DNA of 32,000 bases from Promethearchaeota archaeon (lineage in GTDB: Archaea; Asgardarchaeota; Lokiarchaeia; Sigyniarchaeales; Promethearchaeaceae). The stretch spans positions 270,001 to 302,000 of the forward strand of contig JAFGBS010000004.1 in assembly GCA_016933055.1 (NCBI GenBank). The letters run 5' to 3'. The notes below the pieces were generated by a model, which saw nothing but the letters and a program-made list of their open reading frames with translations, made no database searches and was not told where the DNA came from. Shown in pieces: positions 17,327-26,780 of this stretch. The position numbers and the translations under genes were made by a program. The number at the start of each line of letters is the position of its first letter. Position 1 is the stretch's first letter.

Positions 17327-18502
17327 TTATCCTACTTGAAAAGTAGTTTCCTTTTTTATATCTGAAAACTTGACCCACGCTTCTCTGTATTTTTCAAAAT
17401 CCTTTCGAGTTTCAAACACTTGACTATCATCCCATAACACTCTCCAATCATTATCCGCTTCCGGCCATAGAAATACTTGTCCCCTTATTAATCGGTTATT
17501 TGCATCAATTCCAGGATTTTCGGGTGTACCATCTCCACTTATTTGTAGTAGCTGTTCTTGAGATAACAAATTTTCATACGAACACATCAAGTTCTCTCTC
17601 ATATATTTCGATCTTGTAGTCATAACGACGAAACCGCAGCTTTTATTTTCTCGTTGAATAGCCCAATTCAAGCATACTTTTGCTGGTGATACATCAAGTT
17701 CGTTAGCAATAGCAACTATTGTGGAATCTGCCATGTCACTTCTATGTTCCTTAAAAGTATCCCGAGCTGGACGATGGGGAGATCCCATAGCCATGAAACC
17801 CATACAAACTATATTCTCCGATTGGAAATACCTAATCAAATCAGTTTGTTGAAATAATGGATGTATTTCCATTTGATTCACAGCTGGACGTTCGTCATCT
17901 GAACAATCTCTAAGAAGAAGTTGCATACACATTTTAGTGTGATTAGAAGTTCCTATGTCCACAATTTTACCAGCACGTTTCAACTTAACAATTTCTGCCC
18001 ATGTGTCCATGAAATCCTCATGTATATATGGAACAGCATCTGGATTTTTATGGTTTCCATCACAACCGGGTGTATGTACATTCCGCCAGGGCCAGTGATT
18101 AATATACAAATCAATTTTTTCGATACTCAATCCTTTAAGAGTGTTCTCAAGGGCTGGTTTAACATCCTCCTTAGCCATATGACCGTTCCATAATTTTCCT
18201 GTGATAAAGAGGTCATTAGGAGAGTTGATATAGCCCTTACTAATTGCTTCTTTAATGGCATCTCCGATGGTCTTCTCATTCTCATATGCACGAGCAGTAT
18301 CAATGTGTCTCCATCCGATGCGAATTGCTTCAACTGTAGCTTCATACATATATTCTTGAGCCCAATCTGAATGAAATGTACCATAAGCTGCTACAGGCAT
18401 CAAATTTCCGCTTGGTAATTTGATTTTTTGTACAAGTTTTGGATCAACAGATTCAATAGTAGGATCAATCGCCAGCTTTCCCTGTTTTTTATTTAGTGAC
18501 AT
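17327..18502 (-). CDS. Aldo/keto reductase
   Basis: Catalytic tetrad motifs HIDTARAY, ITGKLW and YINHWP; also IGTSN and AVNQMEIHP. Confidence 0.9.
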   Translation of the reverse strand: MSLNKKQGKLAIDPTIESVDPKLVQKIKLPSGNLMPVAAYGTFHSDWAQEYMYEATVEAIRIGWRHIDTARAYENEKTIGDAIKEAISKGYINSPNDLFITGKLWNGHMAKEDVKPALENTLKGLSIEKIDLYINHWPWRNVHTPGCDGNHKNPDAVPYIHEDFMDTWAEIVKLKRAGKIVDIGTSNHTKMCMQLLLRDCSDDERPAVNQMEIHPLFQQTDLIRYFQSENIVCMGFMAMGSPHRPARDTFKEHRSDMADSTIVAIANELDVSPAKVCLNWAIQRENKSCGFVVMTTRSKYMRENLMCSYENLLSQEQLLQISGDGTPENPGIDANNRLIRGQVFLWPEADNDWRVLWDDSQVFETRKDFEKYREAWVKFSDIKKETTFQVG

Positions 18503-18915
18503 TGTAACACCTATTAAATCAAATTTGTACTTAATTAGGATTATTTATCGGTGGTTTCATTTAAACAGTATAGAGATATACTCAAGATATCTTCGATTAA
18601 TCAACATATAGTCTGCTGAATAGATCGTAAATATCAACGTTTTCACTTAAAACTATCGTAAAATAGCGTGAAACGTATAAATTGGAATCAAAAGTCAATT
18701 CTACTACCCTTTCAGATGTAGAATAGGTCAGTCAACAGTCCGAACACTTAAGCAAGATAAGTCATCGTATGGCAATCGAAAATTAAATGCGTAGCATAAG
18801 GCATGTATAGATCGTACTGTGTACTTGTTACCTTCTGTACGGTACACCATAAAATTTTAGGATTCAACGGATTAGAATTTTATTAGAAAAAAAAAGTGAG
18901 ATGGCATTTTAATAA

Positions 18916-20376
18916 TTATTCAAACAAGATTTTAAACACAAAAGCATGTTTACATGGTTTTATCTCAGGAACTTGAATTGTTAAACCCTTTTTTCCATAT
19001 TCCCAAGATAATTTACCATCATATCCTAATAGAGTAATTGATTTAATGTCGTTCTTATAAATAAGACCTTTTCTGGGGTTGATTTTTTTAATACGAAGTT
19101 CATTCTTAGGCCAACCCAAAACTATCGCATAAAGTGCGTTTCCTTTTGATGTAAATCGGATGTCTTTTGATGAGTATATAGAATTCTTCCTTTCTTTAAA
19201 GAGGAATACTTGAATTTCTATAAATTCACTTTTCCTCAATTTAATTGGTCCTTCTTCAGCAATTGACCAAGAGGTGGACCCGTAGATGGCTTCCCCATTC
19301 ACCCGGAGCCAGTCTCCCAGCTCTTTAAAAATCACTTTCGTTTCCTCTGGAATCATCCCGTTGGCTTTGGGTCCGAAATTCATAAGTAAATAACCGTTTT
19401 TAGCTACTCGGTCTACCAAATCATGGATTATTTTTTTAGGGGTTTTAAATCCAGCTTTCTTTACGAAGGACCACGCCCCTTGATTATCTACTGTTGTGTC
19501 TGTTATCCACTTATGGTACGTCAACTGACTACTCTTTCCCAGTTCATAATCCAAGATACCAACTCCAGGGGGTAGATCATGATTTTTATAAAGAATTTCA
19601 ACTTCCTTTCCCCAATTTTCAGCTTTATTGTAATAGTAAGCTACCATTTTCTTACGGTAAATATCATTGATTCTCCCTAACCCAAAATCAAACCACATCA
19701 AGTCAGGTTGATAATTGTCAATGACTTCCTTAATCTTGGTAAACCAGTTATCAAGAAACTCCTTATTAGGAGGATCTTGCCTAAACCATGCCTTGATCCC
19801 TCTTGCATTTTCATCATGAAGTGGTCCATAAAGCTCTGTGTATTTTGGGTCTGAGGTATCGAACTTTTTTTTCCAATGAGGGTAAAAATACCAGCGATGG
19901 GCATGGTGGAATGCTGTCATAAATTTTAGACCTTGTTTTCGAAGTGAGGTAGCCATTTCCCCAACAATATCTCTTTTAGGTCCCATATTGAACGCATTCC
20001 ACTCATTGACATCACTTTTCCACATGGAAAATCCGTCATGATGCTCTGTCACCGGACCTGCAAATTTTGCACCTGCATCCTTAATTAATTTCGCCCACTC
20101 GTCTGCATCGAAAAACTCAGCTGTAAAAAAAGGTATTAAGTCTTTATATCCGAATTTTGAAGGGTCTCCATAATGCTTCACATGGTGTCGGTTCTGTTTC
20201 ATCCCCTTAATATACATTTGATTAGGGTACCAAGAGCCATTTATTCCACATTCAGGTACGGAATAGGGACCCCAATGAAAGTAAATCCCGTATTTTGCAT
20301 CATCTAACCATTCAGGACGCCGATGATTTTTAAGTGAAGACCAAGTCTCGTCGTACATAATAGGATATTTCAACAA
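18916..20376 (-). CDS. Alpha-L-fucosidase, GH29
   Basis: WLDDAKYGIYFHWGPYSVP, FDADEWA, TEHHDGFSMW, nucleophile region LMWFD, and NGYLLMNFGP..NG. No signal peptide. Confidence 0.93.
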   Translation of the reverse strand: MLKYPIMYDETWSSLKNHRRPEWLDDAKYGIYFHWGPYSVPECGINGSWYPNQMYIKGMKQNRHHVKHYGDPSKFGYKDLIPFFTAEFFDADEWAKLIKDAGAKFAGPVTEHHDGFSMWKSDVNEWNAFNMGPKRDIVGEMATSLRKQGLKFMTAFHHAHRWYFYPHWKKKFDTSDPKYTELYGPLHDENARGIKAWFRQDPPNKEFLDNWFTKIKEVIDNYQPDLMWFDFGLGRINDIYRKKMVAYYYNKAENWGKEVEILYKNHDLPPGVGILDYELGKSSQLTYHKWITDTTVDNQGAWSFVKKAGFKTPKKIIHDLVDRVAKNGYLLMNFGPKANGMIPEETKVIFKELGDWLRVNGEAIYGSTSWSIAEEGPIKLRKSEFIEIQVFLFKERKNSIYSSKDIRFTSKGNALYAIVLGWPKNELRIKKINPRKGLIYKNDIKSITLLGYDGKLSWEYGKKGLTIQVPEIKPCKHAFVFKILFE

Positions 20377-20475
20377 TCCCGTTTAAATAGATTGTTCTTC
20401 AAAAATTGTAGGTGTCCTAATTTCTCTGGAACATTAATATGAATCTATAAATAAATGTTGAAATAAGTCGAAGAC

Positions 20476-21906
20476 ATGGCTGAATTTGAGCAATCGAAAT
20501 CTCATAGATATTCAAGATGGATTATGGCTAGTTTTGGTGCCCGAGAGATGTTCGGAGAGTGGATTAATGGAGCATTTGGGTTTGCAGTTTATTATTTCTA
20601 TGAAGCTGTGATAGGCTTGCAAATTTGGATGGCGGGTCTGGCATTTATACTTTATTCAATATGGAATGCTATTAACGATCCATTGATGGGTTATCTTATG
20701 GAAAGGATTCACTGGCCATGGCAAAAAAAGTCAGGGATGCAGAGATTTCCAATAATAATATTCGGAGCTATTACTTGGTTAGCGAGTTACCTATTAATTT
20801 TTTTAGTACCGACTAAATGGGTTGTAGATGGTAATCAATGGAGAATTTTCACTTGGTATCTAGTGACTTTGTGTATTTATGACACAGTCTTGACAATTTA
20901 TGAGGTGAATGTATTGGCTTTATATCCTGATAAGTTCCAAGATTCTAGAGAAAGACGTGTTGCTCAAGGCTTTGGTACGGTATTAGGAATTACCGGAATC
21001 GTACTGGCAGCACTAATTCCCCCGATGTGGGTAACCAAAGAATTGGAATCCTACCGAACTATGGCTTTATTGAGTGTGGCAATTGGATTTCTACTTTTAC
21101 TAATTATATTGCCAGGAATTTACGAAGATAAGCATTTACGGGAAATTTACAAGAAACGTAATGCAAAAATTACCACGGAAAGGAAAAATTCTTTCTTCAA
21201 AACAGCAAAATTAGTCTTTTCAAATCGTAATTTTGTAGGTAAGATTGTGTTCCATTTTGGATACTATATGAGCGCAACATTCTTGCAAACATCAGCGTTT
21301 TATGTCTTGGTATTTTTGCTTAACAGACCTGAAACCGACTTGATACTCTTGATGGCACCTATGTTGACAGGTGCTATACTTTCGACACCGATTTGGGCTT
21401 TAATTGCTAATAAAGTAGACAATAATAAGAATGTCATCATGGTAGCTGGAATATTGATGACTCTATCTTTTCTTCCCTTAATTTTTGTGAATACTATTAT
21501 AGGATGGATGATAGGTCTATTTTTCTTTGGAATAGCTCTTGGGGGGCAGTGGTTTATGGATCCGCCGACATTCGCAGATGTTCTCGATGATGCTGCAGTA
21601 AAGACTGGTTTTCATCAGCATTCGGTATATATTGGATACCAGACTTTTATAGTTCGTTTTGCAGGAGCTTTTCAAGCAATAATTTTTTCGGTTGTCCATA
21701 TTTTGACCACGTTTCCCGAAGGAGTTAATACTTTAGAAGAATTTCTAATTAAATCGGAAAATCCATCCTTAGCAGTGTTCGGCATTCGACTTCACGCTAC
21801 GATCATTCCAGCAATCGTGATTTTAATAACACTTTTCGTATTTTGGAATTTATATACCCTAACTCCAGAAAAAGTTAAAGAAAATAAAAGTATATTAGCT
21901 CAATAA
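20476..21906 (+). CDS. MFS transporter, GPH family (paralog of 13787-15265)
   Basis: RWIMASFGARE, WNAINDPLMG and DVLDDAAVKTG. Confidence 0.9.
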   Translation: MAEFEQSKSHRYSRWIMASFGAREMFGEWINGAFGFAVYYFYEAVIGLQIWMAGLAFILYSIWNAINDPLMGYLMERIHWPWQKKSGMQRFPIIIFGAITWLASYLLIFLVPTKWVVDGNQWRIFTWYLVTLCIYDTVLTIYEVNVLALYPDKFQDSRERRVAQGFGTVLGITGIVLAALIPPMWVTKELESYRTMALLSVAIGFLLLLIILPGIYEDKHLREIYKKRNAKITTERKNSFFKTAKLVFSNRNFVGKIVFHFGYYMSATFLQTSAFYVLVFLLNRPETDLILLMAPMLTGAILSTPIWALIANKVDNNKNVIMVAGILMTLSFLPLIFVNTIIGWMIGLFFFGIALGGQWFMDPPTFADVLDDAAVKTGFHQHSVYIGYQTFIVRFAGAFQAIIFSVVHILTTFPEGVNTLEEFLIKSENPSLAVFGIRLHATIIPAIVILITLFVFWNLYTLTPEKVKENKSILAQ

Positions 21907-21910
21907 TGGG

Positions 21911-22936
21911 TTATTCCTTATTTATTTCTATTAAAGTCTTAATACTTTCTTTATTTTCACGGGCATGTTCAAATGCTTCATTAGCTTCTTCAATTTTGAA
22001 AATTTTACCAAAAATTTTGTCTGTTGGCAATATTCCATCAACAATTAATTGAATTGCTTCATTTATTTCACGCATGATATACATTAAAGTTCCGATAAGT
22101 TCCATTTCTCTATCTTGAAGATCGGCAGCTTTAATCTTAACTTCATCTCCATAAACCCCAAGAACTATAACTTTTCCTCCTTTTCGAATCACATCCATGG
22201 ATGTTCGTAGAGACGCTTCAATTCCAACACACTCAAATGCAATATCAATGCCCTCAAATCCTGCTTCTTTTTGAATAATCGATACAACGTCTGCTTTTGC
22301 ATTCACTACGCGATCAGCCCCTATTTCTTTAGCAAGATTCAATCTATAATCACTGAAATCGGTGACCCATATCTTGCTTGCTCCGGCTGCCTTTACACAA
22401 GCAAGTACTCCTAAACCAATCATTCCAGAACCGACAATTACAACATTTTTACCAAAGACATCTCCCGCACGATGAGTTGCGTGAACTCCTACAGCTACAG
22501 GTTCAACTAATGCGGCATTTTTCAAACTTAAAGACTCTGGGATGGAAACTACATCTTTTGCAGGGAGTAAAAAGTAATCTGCCATAGCCCCTTCACCTTG
22601 ACAACCCATAACACGAAGATTTTCACAAATATTATAACGTCCAATTTTACAATTGTAGCATTCTCCACATATTAAATTCGGTTCTGATGTTACTCGATCT
22701 CCTTTCTTAAATTTCGAGACTCCTTCTCCTACTTCTTCCACCCATCCACTAAATTCATGCCCTGGAGTAGCTGGTAAGGAAACAAAAGGGTGTTTTCCAA
22801 TAGATGCATGTAAATCGCTTCCACAAATCCCACAATAAGCGATTTTCATTACAATTTCTCCAGGTCCTGGCTTAGGAATTTTAATTTTTTCAACAATTGC
22901 TTTTTTGGGTTCAGTTAGTTTTACTCTTCTCATCAT
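21911..22936 (-). CDS. Zinc-dependent medium-chain (sugar/polyol) dehydrogenase
   Basis: CGICGSD, GHEFSG, CGECYNCKIGRYNIC and GSGMIGL. Confidence 0.92.
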   Translation of the reverse strand: MMRRVKLTEPKKAIVEKIKIPKPGPGEIVMKIAYCGICGSDLHASIGKHPFVSLPATPGHEFSGWVEEVGEGVSKFKKGDRVTSEPNLICGECYNCKIGRYNICENLRVMGCQGEGAMADYFLLPAKDVVSIPESLSLKNAALVEPVAVGVHATHRAGDVFGKNVVIVGSGMIGLGVLACVKAAGASKIWVTDFSDYRLNLAKEIGADRVVNAKADVVSIIQKEAGFEGIDIAFECVGIEASLRTSMDVIRKGGKVIVLGVYGDEVKIKAADLQDREMELIGTLMYIMREINEAIQLIVDGILPTDKIFGKIFKIEEANEAFEHARENKESIKTLIEINKE

Positions 22937-23282
22937 TTTACTTCTCTCACGAATATTAGAATTGATGTTTCGTTAAAAAAATATAATAAAGTCCAGCAAA
23001 AATGGAATTTAAAGTCATTGGGGTCAAATAAAATTAACTTGAGTTATGGATTTAATTTGCCTTAATTATTCAGTCACCATCTATTCAACCCATTCAGAGC
23101 AACAAATACGAGTTTTAATGTGTTACAACGTAAATTAGCATAGAAACGTGAGAAAGAACATCTTATGGGGTTTTAGGTGCTCCTACGATAAAAACATAAG
23201 TTTGATGTTCTATCATCTTTCGAGTGAGGTAAGTTCCATTGATAATAATATCTACTGTAAAGTTGTGGAAATGGTATAGCGT

Positions 23283-23477
23283 ATGTTCCAAGTCCGAAAC
23301 ATCAATTTCGATTATATTGTGAACGAGTCGAGAAAGAAGAAAAACGAAAGAAACTCCGAAGGCTTTTTGGATGCGTGTCTAACATACTTTTTTTATGAAT
23401 ATGAGATCAATTCGAAGGAACTAAAAATCCATACGAAACCAATCCGAAAATCCATAAAATATAAAAAAAATTATTGA
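23283..23477 (+). CDS. Possible small hypothetical protein
   Basis: 64-aa ORF in a non-coding/decayed region with no recognisable motif. Confidence 0.25.
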   Translation: MFQVRNINFDYIVNESRKKKNERNSEGFLDACLTYFFYEYEINSKELKIHTKPIRKSIKYKKNY

Positions 23478-23515
23478 TCGTCGTTTGAAAAATAATCAAT
23501 TAATTTTTGAATGTG

Positions 23516-23841
23516 TTATGCCATTTTTTCATTTTGAGATATAATGATTGGAACGAATACAAACACAAATTCGAATCCACAATTTTTACATTTCTTATTT
23601 ACCTCAATTATCTGTGTGTAATTATTCTATTTGTCGCTAAAATCTACTCGATAACGTAAATTCTTACGTTTTAACTCAATTCGAGTATTTGCGATCTTTC
23701 CACATGTTTCACAACGAATCGATCGCAATGTGGACATCGAAACGAGCTTATTTTTTGTTCATTTATGTATAGACCTTTGATAATTCGATAAATATTTTTG
23801 GTCCTTAGAGAAATTAATTTTTCGATTTGTTCGTTTTTCAT
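23516..23841 (-). pseudogene. Disrupted zinc-ribbon-like coding sequence
   Basis: Frame 23737-23516 has CETC...TAG...CKNC. The overlapping frame 23841-23671 has CPHC. Confidence 0.4.
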
Positions 23842-24173
23842 TTTTAACCGAATGTAGAGGAAAATTCTAGCCTTATAAATTCTGAAAAACCGCTAACCCC
23901 TTTTAGTGAAAATGCTGAATTACAACTAGGGTGTTTAGACCAGAGGTAAATTTCACAAACCAAAAAAAGTGAGTACATTGTACGTATTCGATTACGCTCA
24001 ACCACTCTTTCACACCTTTTGGTAGTACTATGGGATATACCTACGGACCATGCTGATGATATATTTCCCAGAACAAAGATATTAAAGGAAGAAAGAATTT
24101 ATTTTCGTTCCCGTTACCTAGTAACTGTAAATCAAACCTAAGGTGTTTAAGAATAATAGAGGATGAAACCCGG

Positions 24174-24674
24174 ATAAAATGCCCCGAATGTGGAACTCCC
24201 TTCACTCCCATGCAGATCCAACGAATTATTCAAGGTAAGATGGTGATTTGTGAAGCATGTGGGTTTGAGTTTTCGGCGAGAATAGATGATATTAAAGATT
24301 TAATACCTGCACACGGAATGGAGCCACAAAACTTACTCAGACCCGAAGATCTTGGTACATTTGGAGATCGGGACAAAATCCATCCTACTCGAAAACCTCC
24401 CGTTACTTCTACAAAACCTCTCTCTTCAAAACCGCTGGTTACTGTGAAAGATACGCATCCTCGAATAAATAAAGACAATATTTTGCGTGCTCTGTCTTTT
24501 AATTGGATTACTCTTCAAGATCTCGCCCAAAAAATCAGTGTATTAGGACGGCGGGAGTTTTATGTATTACGAATGAAATTGAATGAACTTAACCGGTTAG
24601 GGTATATTCAAATGGATTTTCAAGTCAATCGAGTTCTTATCCGTAAATTACGACAAAGCAAAAGAGTAAGCTAA
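24174..24674 (+). CDS. Zinc-ribbon plus C-terminal winged-helix protein
   Basis: The frame extends upstream of ATG 24210 to include IKCPECG (24174 onward), pairing with ICEACG. The C-terminus ILRAL..ITLQDLA...LNELNRLGYI is wHTH-like. The start codon is uncertain. Confidence 0.7.
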   Translation: MKCPECGTPFTPMQIQRIIQGKMVICEACGFEFSARIDDIKDLIPAHGMEPQNLLRPEDLGTFGDRDKIHPTRKPPVTSTKPLSSKPLVTVKDTHPRINKDNILRALSFNWITLQDLAQKISVLGRREFYVLRMKLNELNRLGYIQMDFQVNRVLIRKLRQSKRVS

Positions 24675-24677
24675 GAC

Positions 24678-25235
24678 ATGCTCTCGGCAATAAAAGAAGG
24701 AATTCATGTAGTCGCAATTGATGATTCTCCTCATCACAGAGGGCAATCAACCACTGAAATATTTTTTGTCTATTGTAAATCTACCTTTATCGAAAAAGTC
24801 ACTCATAACGCAATACGCGTTGATGGACTGGATGCTACAATGACTATCTTACAAGAACTTCAGAAAGAACAAGAAAATTTTTCTTTAATCTTATTGCATG
24901 GGATTACTGTTGGAGGAATGAACTTTGTCGACATAGATGAATTAAGCAATATTCTTCAAAAACCTATACTCGCTGTGACAGAAAACGCTCCTACTGAAAA
25001 TTCGATAAATAATGCAATCGAGAAATTACCAGACTGGAAAACACGTAAAGCCATATTAACTAAAGCAGGTGTCCTTGAAGTTTTCACTACCCAACATAGT
25101 CCAAATCCCATTTTTTTTCATTGCATTGGGATGGATCCAGAAGTCGCAAAAGTTTTTTTTACGAAATTCTGCATACGATCACGCCTTCCCGAGCAGTTAT
25201 TATTAGCACATAAGATTGCATCATCGTGGAAATAA
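24678..25235 (+). CDS. DUF99 family (endonuclease V/dU-like) protein
   Basis: VVAIDD, VDGLDAT, GITVGGMNFVDI and RSRLPEQLLLAHKIAS. Confidence 0.85.
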   Translation: MLSAIKEGIHVVAIDDSPHHRGQSTTEIFFVYCKSTFIEKVTHNAIRVDGLDATMTILQELQKEQENFSLILLHGITVGGMNFVDIDELSNILQKPILAVTENAPTENSINNAIEKLPDWKTRKAILTKAGVLEVFTTQHSPNPIFFHCIGMDPEVAKVFFTKFCIRSRLPEQLLLAHKIASSWK

Positions 25236-25247
25236 TAAAGAAGTGAA

Positions 25248-25329
25248 CGCGGAGAGTGGGGATCGAACCCACGTGCAGATTACTGCACTGGCTTAGCAGG
25301 CCAGCGTTCTACCACTAAACGATCTCCGC
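25248..25329 (-). tRNA. tRNA-Ser(GCT)
   Basis: Acceptor stem GCGGAGA/TCTCCGC with discriminator G; anticodon arm CTGGC-CTGCTAA-GCCAG; long variable arm TGCAG/CTGCA; T-arm GGTTCGATCC. No intron and no encoded CCA. Confidence 0.96.
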
Positions 25330-25437
25330 TTGGATTGCACTCTACAAGAGTAAGAGGGAATGGGAGACATAGCATAAAAAATATTTGGAGCCTTATGTCA
25401 AAATTCGTGATGACGATAAAAAAGGGAAGGTAGTGAT

Positions 25438-25884
25438 TTATTCAGAAATTATTTCGAACAGCATTTTATCTCGTATAGCTTTTTTGGATTCTCTCTTATC
25501 GTAAAAATGTCCTATGACATTATTCTCGGTTACAATTATCATGACTCCAGTAGATAAATAATTCAGAATCTCTTCATCTACTTCATGCAAATCTTCATTT
25601 CCATCTGGATGAGAGTGCATTTGCCAGACAATATCACATCCTCGCTCTTGCTTGAATTTGCGCATGTTATAGATTTTGTTTTTTTTCATTCGCATCCAAG
25701 ACTTGGGCTTCTCATGTGCATTGCTCTCCTCTTCAGTAATTACATAATCAGTTACAATCCCAAAGTAATCTTTCCTTTCTGCAAACACCCATCCTGAGAA
25801 GATCTTATCCCCGCTTTGCTTTACCTTCTCAGTTAACTCATCAAAAACTTGTTCGGGGATTAAATATCGATAACCAGACGTCAT
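25438..25884 (-). CDS. MPN/JAB domain protein with a variant JAMM motif
   Basis: WQMHSHPDGNEDLHEVD. The likely start is ATG 25884 (MTSGYR). Confidence 0.8.
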   Translation of the reverse strand: MTSGYRYLIPEQVFDELTEKVKQSGDKIFSGWVFAERKDYFGIVTDYVITEEESNAHEKPKSWMRMKKNKIYNMRKFKQERGCDIVWQMHSHPDGNEDLHEVDEEILNYLSTGVMIIVTENNVIGHFYDKRESKKAIRDKMLFEIISE

Positions 25885-26104
25885 TTTCCTCAGAAACCGC
25901 TTTTTTTTAAAGTAACTGCAAAATAATAGGTGGTATAATATTCCGGATAATAAAAAAATTTTCAATTTGGAGGAGAATTTCTTATTTGTCAGAGAAATCG
26001 CTACCTATCAGATCCGACACAATATTTAGCGCTTATTAAAATTCACTCATCAGCTTTTTATTTTGAGGAATTAACCAAACATAACAAAAAAGGGGTTAAG
26101 CACA

Positions 26105-26320
26105 ATGATGTTTTACGGCAACGAATATCGAAATATGACAGGTATAATACGAGATATGACTAAACAGATGGTGAAAGTAGAGTTTACTCAAGTTCAGGTC
26201 AAGGAGAATGTAGTATTTATCCCCAAAGACTTGATTAAGGGAAGTTTTGAAACTAAACCTGGACTGGAACAAGATTTTCGATTACCTATTTGGTTTTTAA
26301 GTCGAAATAAACTTGTATGA
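26105..26320 (+). CDS. Small hypothetical protein (beta-rich)
   Basis: 71 aa with protein-like composition, in an otherwise intergenic space. Confidence 0.6.
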   Translation: MMFYGNEYRNMTGIIRDMTKQMVKVEFTQVQVKENVVFIPKDLIKGSFETKPGLEQDFRLPIWFLSRNKLV

Positions 26321-26470
26321 TCCCCATATTTTCTCCGTTTATAAGTCTGGAGGCAACCCAAAGTCATTTAGCAAGATAAATGAATTCATATTATGATTGA
26401 GATCTTTATTAGAATTCTTAGAAACTACAGATATATCTGAAGATCTTACTTTTGGTACTTTATTCTGAAG

Positions 26471-26773
26471 GTGGAGAATATGGAATCGATGAGTGAAGAA
26501 GTCATATTAACTCAAATAGAAGCGGAATCCTATAGTCAACGGTGCGTCCTGCGTTTTCATGAAAACAATAAAGTTTCTATTCTAATTCCAACAGAAAATG
26601 ATGAATACATTGCGCATTTGGAAGAACATCAAAAGTTAGTAGAATTTTTAAGCAAGTTTTTCACGGATTTTGAGAAAATTCGCTTGTATTCCAAGATTTC
26701 CAAAGAAATCCGGAACAACAAACCTCCTGTTTCCACCATATTAATTGATTTTCTCCATCGGATAAAAAAATAA
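26471..26773 (+). CDS. Hypothetical protein
   Basis: 100-aa ORF (ATG alternative at 26480), convergent with the next gene. Confidence 0.6.
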   Translation: MENMESMSEEVILTQIEAESYSQRCVLRFHENNKVSILIPTENDEYIAHLEEHQKLVEFLSKFFTDFEKIRLYSKISKEIRNNKPPVSTILIDFLHRIKK

Positions 26774-26780
26774 AGTAACA

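Noticed and set aside
18698-18724. ATTCTAC...GTAGAAT hairpin resembling a Cas12a crRNA repeat
   Set aside because: Single copy, loop too long, no spacers and no cas genes. No CRISPR array was seen anywhere in the window.
20430-20459. AACATT-N18-AATGTT inverted repeat between GH29 and the MFS gene as an operator
   Set aside because: Short AT-rich arms are expected by chance, no second copy was found, and no regulator lies nearby.
23156-23210. SECIS element interpretation of the stem-loop
   Set aside because: No AUGA/GA quartet on either strand, and no in-frame UGA selenoprotein candidate in the window.
23627-23629. Genome-wide TAG reassignment
   Set aside because: porA ends with TAG at 3045-3047 directly against the next start codon, so TAG is a normal stop.
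25248-25329. tRNA-Ser as an integration site
   Set aside because: No duplicated tRNA 3' end and no integrase seen in the window.
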